Part shown: positions 37,092-46,482 of the stretch, in pieces
How the letters are laid out: the number at the start of each line of letters is the position of its first letter
Numbering within the stretch: position 1 is the first letter of the stretch
Origin: an uncultured Nitrospiraceae bacterium
Lineage (GTDB): Bacteria > Nitrospirota > Nitrospiria > Nitrospirales > Nitrospiraceae
Direction of reading: 5' to 3'
DNA: 64,000 nucleotides
Assembly: GCA_963730935.1 (NCBI GenBank)
Contig: CAVSTP010000002.1
Coordinates: forward strand, 32,001-96,000
Translations under genes and position numbers: made by a program
The notes under the pieces: generated by a model
Database searches by the model: none
What the model was told of the DNA's origin: nothing
Seen by the model: only the letters and a program-made list of their open reading frames with translations

Positions 37092-38912
37092 TTACTTCAG
37101 CGGCGGCACTTCTCTTCGTTTGGGCGCCGCATAGTTGACCAGATAATCGAACAACCGGATCAGCCGGCTGTCCTGGCGCTTCTGATCGACCCAATGGCCG
37201 ATCAATCCGATCGTCCGGGACAGAATGAAGAACCCGTTGAGACTGTCTACGGGGAAGCCCAGATCGACCAGGACGGCCGCCATGGTGCCGTCCACGTTCA
37301 GAATCAGGTTGTCCTTTTTTACCGCCGTGACCTGCTCCACTTGCAACGCGAAGTCGAGACAGGGCGTCTTGATATTGAGGCTCTTCACGTAGCCGACCAG
37401 CTCTTTGACGCGCTTGTCCGGATTGCGGAGGCTCTTGACGCGATGGCCGATGCCGGGGACGGGGCCCACGTTCTTCTTCATGTAAGCAAGGAACTCATCC
37501 ACGTTCATCTTATTGTCGACCGCGTATTTGAACCAACGTCCGGCATCGGTGACGGCGCCGCCGAAACGGGGACCGATCATGATCAAGCCCGCCGCAACGG
37601 ACTGCGAGAGGCCGATACCGGCGCAGGCGGCGAGAATGGTGGCGTAGGCGCCGCTCACGCAGGGCCCGTGATCGGCCGAGAGCATCATGATGCGCTTGAT
37701 GATTTCCGCTTCCTGTTTCGAGATCAACCGCTTGTCCCACAGCAGACCGATGACGTGGGGGATTTCATACCCTTTATTGATGAGCTCGGAGGCCGGATAC
37801 CCGTCGTAACAGGGCTCGTCGCCACGATCGTCGCTGATGGTCGTTCGGATGAGCGGCGCGACCATGACTTCGTCCGCCTTCATCGCCTCCTCGATGGACT
37901 TCGGCAATTTCGGCAGCACCGTCGGCTCGACCGGTTCTTTGACCTGGCCGGACTTGAGCAACTCTTGATAGGTTTCTTTGATGGCCGGTCCGAGCGCCCC
38001 GAACGTCGGCGGCACGAGAGCGCCAGCTTTCTTGAGCGCATCCGACTTCGAGCGTGCCGAGCCTTCGCCTTTCATGCCTTCCTTCGCGCCGGCATGACCG
38101 AACTTCATGCCCTTCGGCAAGCTCTCCTGACAGAAACCGGACACGACGCCGATCAGTTTGATGCGGCGCTTTTTCGCTCCGTACCATTCGGCCGCCCGCT
38201 CCTCGAGATCGCCGCCCATTTCGCCGACAATGACGACGGCCTTGGTCTGCGGATCGTTTTCAAACATCTCGAGATAGCTCACGTAGTCCGTGCCGGGGTA
38301 GGCATCGCCGCCGATGCCGATCGCGGTGGTGATGCCGTCGGCAAACTGCGAGCAGATCCAGATGATCTCGTTGGAGAGACCGCCGGATTTGGTGATGACG
38401 CCGAACGATCCCTCACGATAGAGCTTGGACAGGACCAGATTGTCGAAGGCGCCGCCGATCACGCCCAGCCGGCAGGCCCCGGCCGAGATGATGCCGATGG
38501 AAGACGGGCCGTTGAACACTTTTCCGAGTTTCCGCGCGTGAGCCCCCAGCAGCTTGGCGTCCTTCTCGGGCACGCCTTCGGTAATCATGGAGACAACTTT
38601 GATGTGCGGATCGTCGAGCGCTTCCATGCCGCCCTTCATCGCACGGTCGGCGCCGATGTAGACCAGGGTCGTGTTGATCGTGGGATGATTCTTGGTGGCT
38701 TCAGCGACTGTTTTGTAAACGGGAATGGCAATGAGTCCACTGCCGTAGGGAATTTCGTTGGTTTTGCCGGCATCCGGCGGATAGACGAACGCTTCAACGT
38801 TGAGCGGCCGCTTGATCAGGTAGCAGAACTCTGCCATGCGCCGCGCGGCGTTCACGCCGGCTTGCCCGCCTTGAATGACGACGCGGGTGTCCTTGTTGGC
38901 CAGAATACTCAT
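37092..38912 (-). CDS. aclA: ATP-citrate lyase large subunit
   Basis: SucD-like N-terminus with KFGHAGA, then citrate-synthase-like ADHGPCVSGA, IGPRFGGA, PGIGHR, NVDG. Confidence 0.95.
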   Translation of the reverse strand: MSILANKDTRVVIQGGQAGVNAARRMAEFCYLIKRPLNVEAFVYPPDAGKTNEIPYGSGLIAIPVYKTVAEATKNHPTINTTLVYIGADRAMKGGMEALDDPHIKVVSMITEGVPEKDAKLLGAHARKLGKVFNGPSSIGIISAGACRLGVIGGAFDNLVLSKLYREGSFGVITKSGGLSNEIIWICSQFADGITTAIGIGGDAYPGTDYVSYLEMFENDPQTKAVVIVGEMGGDLEERAAEWYGAKKRRIKLIGVVSGFCQESLPKGMKFGHAGAKEGMKGEGSARSKSDALKKAGALVPPTFGALGPAIKETYQELLKSGQVKEPVEPTVLPKLPKSIEEAMKADEVMVAPLIRTTISDDRGDEPCYDGYPASELINKGYEIPHVIGLLWDKRLISKQEAEIIKRIMMLSADHGPCVSGAYATILAACAGIGLSQSVAAGLIMIGPRFGGAVTDAGRWFKYAVDNKMNVDEFLAYMKKNVGPVPGIGHRVKSLRNPDKRVKELVGYVKSLNIKTPCLDFALQVEQVTAVKKDNLILNVDGTMAAVLVDLGFPVDSLNGFFILSRTIGLIGHWVDQKRQDSRLIRLFDYLVNYAAPKRREVPPLK

Positions 38913-38995
38913 CGAAATCTCCCTCTGTTCCTACGACGCTGAATATGAGACCGGGAGCGAACGAATCCCCCGGCCTGAGCCGTCCCTGCTCTTCG

Positions 38996-40195
38996 CTATT
39001 GCTTGTGAAGCGCCTTGTCGACGATGTCCGTCAGCGGGGTGTTGCGGTCGAAGACGTTTATGTCGAACCCTTCATCCTTCAGGGCGCGCATGGCGTCGAG
39101 GCCTTCCTTCTCGCGCGGCCCGCCGCGGCGCACCCATATCCGCACATTCTTGAGCTTGCCGTCCGCCTTCGCCTTGCGGAAGCCGTTGATGATCCCGCCA
39201 AAGGTCTTTTTCACATCGGTAAAATTCGCGATCGCCCCGCCGACGATAATGTTCCTGATTCCCGGCAAGGAGCAGACTTTCTCGGTCAACACTTCGACGG
39301 CCCAATCGGGGGGGTCGCCGGAGTATTCAGCATAATTGGCCAATTTGCCGCCGCGCGCGACAACCGCATCCGAGTAATACACGCTGGCGCCGCCTCCGGC
39401 CGGAAGCATCGCCGTGTCGCCGCCGGGAATCTCGATGAATTTCACCGAGCCCTTGATCTTGCTGTCGACAGTCATGACTTCCATTTCGTCTTTGCTGTAG
39501 GCCCGACCAAATTCGGCCGCAAATTGAAAATTCCAATCTGGATGGCGGAACTTCGCGTCGCCGTCGAGTAGCGTCACTGCATCGAGCGCCACCAGTTCGC
39601 CGTCGCTTTCCCGGGTGACTACGGGGTTCACTTCCAGATACTGCGCGTCTTCGTTGTCGAAGCAGGTAAACATTTTACCGGCAAAGTCGGCCATCTTCTT
39701 GACGAGCGGACCGGAAAAACCGGCGTCCTTGGCCAACTTCTCCAACGCCTCCGGCGCCGGTTGTTGGCCGACATCGAGACACAGGCGCTTGACGCGCTCC
39801 CAATTCGATTCGACTTCGATGCCTCCGCAATTGGCCACGAGAACTTCGCCGCCCTCGCGGGTGGATTTCACTGCGCAATAATACTCTTCCTTGTGCGGGA
39901 TCATTTCGGAGACGATGACTTGCGAGACGGTGATGCTGCCGACTTGACGGCCGATCATCTCTTTGGTGGCGGCAATGGCAGCATTCAAATCGAGGCCAAC
40001 CTTGACGAGACCGAGCTTGAACCGAGAACCGAGCGCCTCGTGAGCCTTGGCCACCAATTTCGAATGTTTCATCCAGTCATTGGCTTGACCGAGTTTGGAG
40101 AGTTCGTCTGCTGAGGTGACCACGACATAGTTGGGAACGTGGATGCCCCACTTCTTCATCAGTCCCATCCCGGGACCTTCCAGCACCTTAGCCAT
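38996..40195 (-). CDS. aclB: ATP-citrate lyase small subunit
   Basis: AGGGASVYY, ANYAEYSGDP, GGAIANFTDV, VRRGGP. Confidence 0.95.
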   Translation of the reverse strand: MAKVLEGPGMGLMKKWGIHVPNYVVVTSADELSKLGQANDWMKHSKLVAKAHEALGSRFKLGLVKVGLDLNAAIAATKEMIGRQVGSITVSQVIVSEMIPHKEEYYCAVKSTREGGEVLVANCGGIEVESNWERVKRLCLDVGQQPAPEALEKLAKDAGFSGPLVKKMADFAGKMFTCFDNEDAQYLEVNPVVTRESDGELVALDAVTLLDGDAKFRHPDWNFQFAAEFGRAYSKDEMEVMTVDSKIKGSVKFIEIPGGDTAMLPAGGGASVYYSDAVVARGGKLANYAEYSGDPPDWAVEVLTEKVCSLPGIRNIIVGGAIANFTDVKKTFGGIINGFRKAKADGKLKNVRIWVRRGGPREKEGLDAMRALKDEGFDINVFDRNTPLTDIVDKALHKQ

Positions 40196-40242
40196 GACAT
40201 CGCTCCTTGGGGTATTTGAAGAATCGCAGTAAAGGGAGCCGG

Positions 40243-40271
40243 ATTGTAGCGAAACCGCGGAGATGACTCAA
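40243..40271 (-). promoter_or_regulatory. Putative sigma70 promoter for the aclBA-acn-icd-frd-suc operon
   Basis: Minus strand TTGAGT-17-TACAAT. Confidence 0.6.
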
Positions 40272-40398
40272 GACACCAGAGGTACTAAGCGATTAGGGAG
40301 CAAAAGGCCTAGGACTCACCCCTGAGCACACAAGTCGACCTAACACTGTGTATTTTCACGGCCTTGCCTAGGGATTTCCCTGGCTTTTTGACAAGGGT

Positions 40399-41238
40399 CT
40401 ACCGAGTCCGCGCTCGTGATTGGCAGGCGGGACAGAAAAATGAGCTGCGCTCGCTCTGCAGACGCCTGATGGTGTGGCCGCAGCGGTTGGGGCAGGGGGC
40501 CCCTTCTTTGCCGTAGACGAGGTGGCGACGCTTAAATTCCCCCTCGCTCCCATCAGGTGCAAAGAAATCTCGAACACTTGAGCCGCCACAAGCAATGGCT
40601 TCCTGAAGCACTTCTTTGGTCACATCGAAGAGGTCCTGGATTTTGGAAACGGAGAGGCGACTGGCTTTGGCGTTGGGGTGAAGGCGTGCGCGGAACAAGA
40701 TTTCGTTCGCATAAATGTTTCCGATCCCTGCGATCGCTTGTTGGTGCATGAGAAGTGGCTTCAGCCGGCCGGAGCGTCCCTTCACGATCCGGAGAAAGTC
40801 GTCCCAACTCACGGTCAAGGGATCGCAGCCGAAGCGGCGGGCGAGATAAGCATCCAGGCCCCGTTGATCGAGCAGCGACAGCCGCCCAAATCGCCTGGGA
40901 TTCCAATACCGCAACTCTGACTCCTGGGCGCCGGCAAACGTCATGCGCACATGAACGTGCTGAGGAAACCTCGGACGAGCGGAAGGGAACAAGAGCAGCC
41001 CAGTCATGCCAAGTTCAGCCATGATGTAACGGGTCTGCCCCTGCCTTTCAAAAGCCATGGCCACGCTCTTCCCAAACCGCTCCGCCGACTGGAGGACGGA
41101 GCCCGCATACCAAGTCCGTTCGGCAAAGCCTTCACGGACGATATCGGTCCGACCGATCCAGGTATCCGTCAACGTCGCTCCGGACAAACGAGCGCGGATT
41201 TGTCGGGCGACCACTTCGGCTTCGGGAAGTTCTGGCAT
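40399..41238 (-). CDS. mutM: Formamidopyrimidine-DNA glycosylase
   Basis: MPELPE, LGMTG, RRFG, GIGNIYANE, C-terminal zinc finger. Confidence 0.92.
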   Translation of the reverse strand: MPELPEAEVVARQIRARLSGATLTDTWIGRTDIVREGFAERTWYAGSVLQSAERFGKSVAMAFERQGQTRYIMAELGMTGLLLFPSARPRFPQHVHVRMTFAGAQESELRYWNPRRFGRLSLLDQRGLDAYLARRFGCDPLTVSWDDFLRIVKGRSGRLKPLLMHQQAIAGIGNIYANEILFRARLHPNAKASRLSVSKIQDLFDVTKEVLQEAIACGGSSVRDFFAPDGSEGEFKRRHLVYGKEGAPCPNRCGHTIRRLQSERSSFFCPACQSRARTR

Positions 41239-41290
41239 GGGTTGAATTAGGCCATTCCCGCCTGGGAAAAGGCAATGGGCCTAGAGCCAG

Positions 41291-41707
41291 CTAGCTCTGA
41301 GGGGCTTGGCGAAGTTGTTGGACCTGTTTGATCGTATCTTGGATATTCGGCAATGGACAGGCGGCGGGCCGGCGAGTCATGATTAATTGAAGGACGTCAG
41401 GATAGGCCATGCTGTGCACACAACACAGATAGGCCATGACGACCGACACGGAACGGCCCATCCCTGCGCGGCAGCACACGAGCACCCGATTGTCCGGATG
41501 GTGGCGGGCGATCCACTCGATCGCCTGATTCAAAGAGGTCGGCTTGGCTTCGCCGAACTCTTTGAACGGGATTCTTTCGTAGATCACTCCTGCGGGCGGG
41601 TGAGGGGTGAATTCCTCTGCAACCAGCAGCACGGCGCTGATGTTGGCCGGAGGCTTTTCGGCCTCATAGATATTTCCCACAAAGAGGGTATCCATAATCT
41701 GATACAT
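41291..41707 (-). CDS. Dual-specificity (CX5R) protein phosphatase
   Basis: VLVCCRAGMGRS P-loop, RP...P. Confidence 0.85.
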   Translation of the reverse strand: MYQIMDTLFVGNIYEAEKPPANISAVLLVAEEFTPHPPAGVIYERIPFKEFGEAKPTSLNQAIEWIARHHPDNRVLVCCRAGMGRSVSVVMAYLCCVHSMAYPDVLQLIMTRRPAACPLPNIQDTIKQVQQLRQAPQS

Positions 41708-41817
41708 GGAGCCAGTATTGGAGAGGATTGCGTGGAGGTCAAGCAGAAAGGTGCAGGAGCATCGCTTGCAGTCCAGATTTGCCCAACGCTATACTCCGCC
41801 AGGGAGGAGAAAAGCTG

Positions 41818-42177
41818 ATGCCGGGACCGTCGGTTCAAGAGGTCGAACAGAGGCTGGGCGCCGTGAAATGCGCCATCTGCAAGGGCTCCAGCTTCGGCAT
41901 TGATCAGCGGTTCATGCAGGCGGACGGCGAATGGCGGGGTGTCTGTAAGAAATGCTTTTACAGCTTTCCCCTCTATACGGACATGGAGTTTTACCTCCGC
42001 ACCCAGCCGGATGTGCCCTATCGCCTGAAGGAAATCTCCTGTACCGCCTGTAATCACCGAGGCGTGAGCCTGGACTTCAGGGCGACGATGTCGGTACGCG
42101 AATCGATCTATTTCGTCACGTGCGGCGGCTGTAAGCGGCAGTTCGCCGAGAATTCTTCCCTAGAAGCCTTCGAATAG
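41818..42177 (+). CDS. Hypothetical double zinc-ribbon protein (119 aa)
   Basis: Four CxxC motifs (CAIC, CKKC, CTAC, CGGC); SD GGAGGAG. Confidence 0.75.
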   Translation: MPGPSVQEVEQRLGAVKCAICKGSSFGIDQRFMQADGEWRGVCKKCFYSFPLYTDMEFYLRTQPDVPYRLKEISCTACNHRGVSLDFRATMSVRESIYFVTCGGCKRQFAENSSLEAFE

Positions 42178-42215
42178 CTCGCTTTTTCTCTTCACTATTG
42201 GTGTATACTTTAACC

Positions 42216-42398
42216 ATGAGTGAGAATCCCAAACAGCCGAAACCATCCGAAGAGCCGGAGCAGCCCAAAGCCCGCAAAGAGATCCCGCTCATCTCTGTGC
42301 CGAACGATCGAGACATGATCGCCGAAGAGATGGAAGAACTCTTTGAAGAAGACAAAGTCTCCCATCAACACGGGTCAGCCGAACCGGAAGCGGATTAG
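42216..42398 (+). CDS. Small acidic hypothetical protein (60 aa)
   Basis: Coding-like composition; TATACT 6 nt upstream of ATG. Confidence 0.55.
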   Translation: MSENPKQPKPSEEPEQPKARKEIPLISVPNDRDMIAEEMEELFEEDKVSHQHGSAEPEAD

Positions 42399-42513
42399 CT
42401 TCTCCTCATCAGTCGGCAACCTTTATCTTCTTAGTCTTGATGGCTAAGCGCTGAGCGGTCCTGCCCTGCTCAACGCTTCGGCTCGACCACACTTAGCCTC
42501 AGGGGTCAAGGCC

Positions 42514-42547
42514 CGCGTCTCGGCGCGGGCTAGGGTGGGTGGGTGAG
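42514..42547. repeat. G/C-tract short repeat containing a G-quadruplex motif
   Basis: CGCGTCTCGGCGCGGGCTAGGGTGGGTGGGTGAG, homologous to the 16502 and 17732 copies. Confidence 0.7.
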
Positions 42548-42678
42548 ATAGTGTCCGCTCGCCGTCGCAAACTCGTTCAGGTCCAGCTGCGCTCGACTTG
42601 AACTCAAACATGCGCCGCCGTCCTCGTTTCTCGGACCGCACCCTTTCGACAATCGCGGAGCTCTCGGCAAGCCGCAGC

Positions 42679-43356
42679 TCAGCTTTGGCCGCCTAGGCCC
42701 TCCTTCTCGACCAGACGCCCGATCTTTCCAGCGAGATCGCGGGCGAGGTGCTGCTGCATGACGGCTCGCGTCTCGGGATTGGCGCTGAGATACTTCTGCA
42801 ATGTCCCAATCTGCCAACGCATGGCGCGCAGGGGCTCCACTGTCACCGCCTCCACGTCGGACGGGATGCCGTTAAGGATGAGAGCGGAGCCCACGATGTC
42901 ACCAGGGTTCAAGTCCCCGAGCACGCGGCCATCTTTCGACAACCGCACTTTGCCACGCGTGATGAGCGAAATGGCGTCGGGAAGCTTGCCTCTTTCGATT
43001 AGGCGCTCTCCAATTTCCGCCGAGATCCAGGATCCTATGCTCAGCACCTGCAAGACTTTCCGAGGAGGTAATCCGTGAAAGGCAAGTCGGCTAATGTCCT
43101 CCTCCTCGGCCGTCAGTTTGACTGGACGACGCTCGATGAACAGCAACCACGATTGAAAGAGATTGATCGCCGCAAAGACAACGCTCCAAGCAAGCGGTGC
43201 CCACAACACAGTGGGCTGGAGCACATAAAAAGGGATGGCGATCAGGGAAGCCGACACCGCGAACAAGCGCAACCACAGCACGTCTCGAACGCTGTACGCA
43301 ATCAATAGGAGGATGTTTGCGACGTGTATGAAATAATCAGGGGTGATGAAGCTCAT
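42679..43356 (-). CDS. Popeye-domain-like membrane protein (3 TM plus cyclic-nucleotide-binding-like domain)
   Basis: HVANILLL..Y....LWLR, W..VF..INL, RRPVKL..E, then a CNBD-like fold (G..LIERG, ITRGKV, L.PGDIVG). Confidence 0.75.
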   Translation of the reverse strand: MSFITPDYFIHVANILLLIAYSVRDVLWLRLFAVSASLIAIPFYVLQPTVLWAPLAWSVVFAAINLFQSWLLFIERRPVKLTAEEEDISRLAFHGLPPRKVLQVLSIGSWISAEIGERLIERGKLPDAISLITRGKVRLSKDGRVLGDLNPGDIVGSALILNGIPSDVEAVTVEPLRAMRWQIGTLQKYLSANPETRAVMQQHLARDLAGKIGRLVEKEGLGGQS

Positions 43357-43375
43357 AATTCTCCGTGGACAGTGT

Positions 43376-44584
43376 TCATAGGGAACGCACGATGCGGACC
43401 GCCGAACGGTCGGGAATTCTTCCCAGCGAAGCCCCATCCTTGCGCGTGATATGTTCAATCCGCACGATGGTCCCCCGCTGACATTCATCCCACGCTGAGT
43501 TCATGTCAGTTTCTGCGCGATCCAGTCTCCCCACCTCACATCGACCGAGTTCATTGCACAGCCAGGCTCTTGTATCGCCTTTCATTTTACGCAATTCGCT
43601 GACCATCCGGAACGTTTCTGGGCTTCGTTGAGCGATCGTCCGACCGTCGGTTCTCAGAAGAAGATAGGAAAATTTGAGCGCGTCTTTGATAAAGCCGACT
43701 TGGCGATCGATCTGCTGGATCCAGGAAGGGGCTTCCCAAGCGCGCTCCTCATGACACCAATCGTTCGGGTCGAGCAAAGCTGGGCAATTCCTCTCGTGAA
43801 GACAGGGACTGTAGACCGTGCACCGATTTTCCTGAAGCAAGTGATCACGCACCTGATGCAACGACCGGGAAGTCTCGCGTAAGGCGGGCTCCAGGATCAT
43901 CAGGGTTCCGTGCGGCGTGAGCAATCTAAGCCAATCCTCCGCTAGACCGCTTCGCTCCTTGATCGCATCCTGTGTCTTTCTGAACAACTCGTTGAGGCAG
44001 TTCGCGACAATAATCAGATCGTACGGCCCTTCTCGAACCACGTCCTCGTGCCAGCGGTTGGTCCTCGGGCGTGAGAGGTTCCCCTCACGAAGGATCAGGC
44101 TCGCCTCACCCATGCCAATCCGGTGTGAGTAGCTGCTCCAAAGCAATCGCGCCTGGCGCAAGGCCTCTGGTGAGGCATCCACTGCGACAACAGTCAGGTG
44201 CTTGAGTGAACCTGGATCATGTTGGTTCAGCCAATCGAGAACGGCCATAGCCCCTGTACCTGGTCCGGTTCCGAGATCCAACACCTTGAGCGGGCGGTCC
44301 GCATGAGTTGTTTGCCAATCCTCGGGCAACTCATCGAGCAGCATTTGGATCTTGGACAGATTGACGGGGAAAAAGTAGCTGAGATAGGCCGCTGCCAGAC
44401 CCGAATTTTTGAAGTAGTCTGTGCCTAGTGCGTCGCGCTCTTTTGTGAACAGGTGCGAGAGTTCGGCGACCGCCAGGGTCTTCCGGGTGAGTCCGGGATC
44501 AGCCTGCTCCGCTTCGATCTCTGCAAGAATTCGAGTCAGCAGAGGTGAGAGCCCGACCGACTCCTTGCTTTCGAAAGGCATCAT
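43376..44584 (-). CDS. Rsm22/METTL17-family SAM-methyltransferase-fold protein
   Basis: AAYLSYF, VLDLGTGPGTG, LNEL, ILEP, SPCLHERNCP, DWCH, KFSYL, LC. Confidence 0.82.
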   Translation of the reverse strand: MMPFESKESVGLSPLLTRILAEIEAEQADPGLTRKTLAVAELSHLFTKERDALGTDYFKNSGLAAAYLSYFFPVNLSKIQMLLDELPEDWQTTHADRPLKVLDLGTGPGTGAMAVLDWLNQHDPGSLKHLTVVAVDASPEALRQARLLWSSYSHRIGMGEASLILREGNLSRPRTNRWHEDVVREGPYDLIIVANCLNELFRKTQDAIKERSGLAEDWLRLLTPHGTLMILEPALRETSRSLHQVRDHLLQENRCTVYSPCLHERNCPALLDPNDWCHEERAWEAPSWIQQIDRQVGFIKDALKFSYLLLRTDGRTIAQRSPETFRMVSELRKMKGDTRAWLCNELGRCEVGRLDRAETDMNSAWDECQRGTIVRIEHITRKDGASLGRIPDRSAVRIVRSL

Positions 44585-44621
44585 GCCCTAGTGTATGCTG
44601 ACGTTCGCAAGGAGGACAACC

Positions 44622-44870
44622 ATGACAGACGCCATCATGCAAGCTTACAAGGAAGTCGAAACCGCCGTCGAGCGTTATACGAAGTTGCTGCAGGACCACG
44701 TCCTCGTGCTTCAAAACACCGAAAAGCCCGGTTCAGATCAGCTCGTGCGCATGACCCAAGGATCGAAAGCCATGCGGGACAGCGCGATGATCTATCTGTC
44801 CTATGCCAAGTACGTGGCCTACGGCATGCCGGCCAGCGAGGAGATGGTGGAAGACGAAATTCAGGGATAA
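44622..44870 (+). CDS. Small helical hypothetical protein (82 aa)
   Basis: SD AGGAGG, coding-like codon usage, followed by a terminator. Confidence 0.75.
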   Translation: MTDAIMQAYKEVETAVERYTKLLQDHVLVLQNTEKPGSDQLVRMTQGSKAMRDSAMIYLSYAKYVAYGMPASEEMVEDEIQG

Positions 44871-44897
44871 CCCGGTTTTGCCAGACGAGACAATGAA

Positions 44898-44932
44898 AAG
44901 AGCCCGTCAGGATCGCATCCTGACGGGCTCTT
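44898..44932. terminator. Bidirectional terminator ending the oxidoreductase operon and the convergent ORF
   Basis: AAGAGCCCGTCAGGAT-CGC-ATCCTGACGGGCTCTT with A/T tracts on both sides. Confidence 0.75.
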
Positions 44933-44952
44933 CGTTTTCCAGCACGAGCGGT

Positions 44953-46297
44953 TTAGATGCTGCGCATGAAGTGGGCTACTTCGTCGGGATTGACGGCGCC
45001 GCCCATGATCGAAGACATCGCCACGTTGGTGGATTTCTTGCCCGTAAGACCGGATTCGACTTCGTCCACGATCAATTCCACCGGCATCGACTGACCACCA
45101 TAGACGCGCGGGCCGCCGATGATCTTCGCCTTGGAATATCCGTAGATCGCGGTCGCGACTTCCTTCGCCAACCACCCGACGTAGTTGAACTCAGGCACGA
45201 CGATGAGCTTGGCGTTCCCGCAGAGCTGACGAAGTTCTTTGGTTGGGAACGGGCGCAGTGAGCGGACCTTGATCAATCCGATCTTGATGCCCTTTTCCGC
45301 ACAGAGACGGACGGCTTCGCGAGACTGAGCCGCGGCGCTACCCGAGGCGATGATGACCGCCTCGGCCCCATCCACATTCTCGGCCGTAAGCAACCCGCCC
45401 ATATACTTGGTAATGTATTTGCGGGAACGTTCCACGGCAGCCCAGACTTCTTGCTGCCACACCGCATGGATGTTGTAGGCCATGAAGTTGGATTTTTGTA
45501 CCGGGGCATCGCGTGAGAGTCGCGCGGGAGGATTCTCCGCATCCAGCACAGGGACAGCCCCACGCCAGGCCTCGCGCGGCGGAAGCTTGATGCCGCGCTC
45601 CTGCATGCGCACATAGCCGCGCGCGTGGGTGACGAAGAAGCCGTCGCAGCAGACCCCGACTGGCAGCGTCACATCGTTTTTTTCGCTGATCGTGAACCCG
45701 GCCAGGATGAAATCGAACATGTCCTGCTGATTCTCGGCATGGAAGACGATCATGCCGCAGTTCAACAGATACGACACTTCAATATTGTCCGGCTGAATGG
45801 CCAGACGGCGCATTCACGACGCGGCAGGTGAACATCGCCACGGCAGGCAACCGATGACCAGGCCATGAAGCAATGCCTTCCATGCCTCGCAACGTCCCAG
45901 GACCAGCTGTGGCAGTGAAGCACCGCACGCCGGCGCGTGACCCGCCGGCAATGGAGGCCATGACACCGACCTCTTCTTCGCCGCGGTAGTATTCCTTCAC
46001 ATAGCCTTCGCCATAGAGCACGCCGACCAACTGCATGGTCTCGCTTTGCGGCGTGATGGGATAGGCAACCGCCAAATCGACGTTAGAGCGACGAATGGCT
46101 TCTTTGGCCGCTTCGCTGCCGGTGATGAATTCCTTTGTCCGGGGCGCTTCTTGAAACATGTACTCAGGCGTCACGACCTTCTGCCGCTTGGCGTCGGCAT
46201 GCGGATCCTTTTTCCCCTCCGGTTTCGGAGCTGCGACGCTGGTGATCGGGTCACCCTGGGGATTGGTCTTTTGTTCAGCCTCTAGAGCTTCACTCAT
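44953..46297 (-). pseudogene. forA: 2-oxoacid (probably 2-oxoglutarate):ferredoxin oxidoreductase alpha subunit, split by a 1-bp insertion near 45805 (possibly a sequencing error)
   Basis: N-terminal ORF has YPITPQ and TATAGPG; C-terminal ORF continues LAIQPDN...DGFFVTH; removing one base restores a 447-aa frame. Confidence 0.8.
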
Positions 46298-46313
46298 GAT
46301 GGCACCTCATTAG

Positions 46314-46439
46314 GCAGGATGTTGAAAAAACCCGCCAGCGGCGTTCTCGCATCGCGCACAGGCTCAGCGTACAGGACAGAGTACGCTTCACCTCTCCGCT
46401 CGCTGCGGCCTTGCTGGACGACCTTTTTGAACATCCTGC
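46314..46439. repeat. Palindromic interspersed element, copy E
   Basis: GCAGGATGTTGAAAAAACC...CCTTTTTGAACATCCTGC, central CGTAC-N8-GTACG. Confidence 0.85.
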
Positions 46440-46482
46440 GTGGCTATGCGTTGTCTGTTAACCCTGAATGAACCTGCGCCAA

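Noticed and set aside
37083..38942. 619-aa ORF antisense to aclA
   Set aside because: Mirrors the aclA frame and has no motifs; expected shadow of biased codon usage in high-GC DNA
40313..40320. GACTCACC shared between the aclB and forB upstream regions
   Set aside because: An 8-bp match at different promoter distances is compatible with chance
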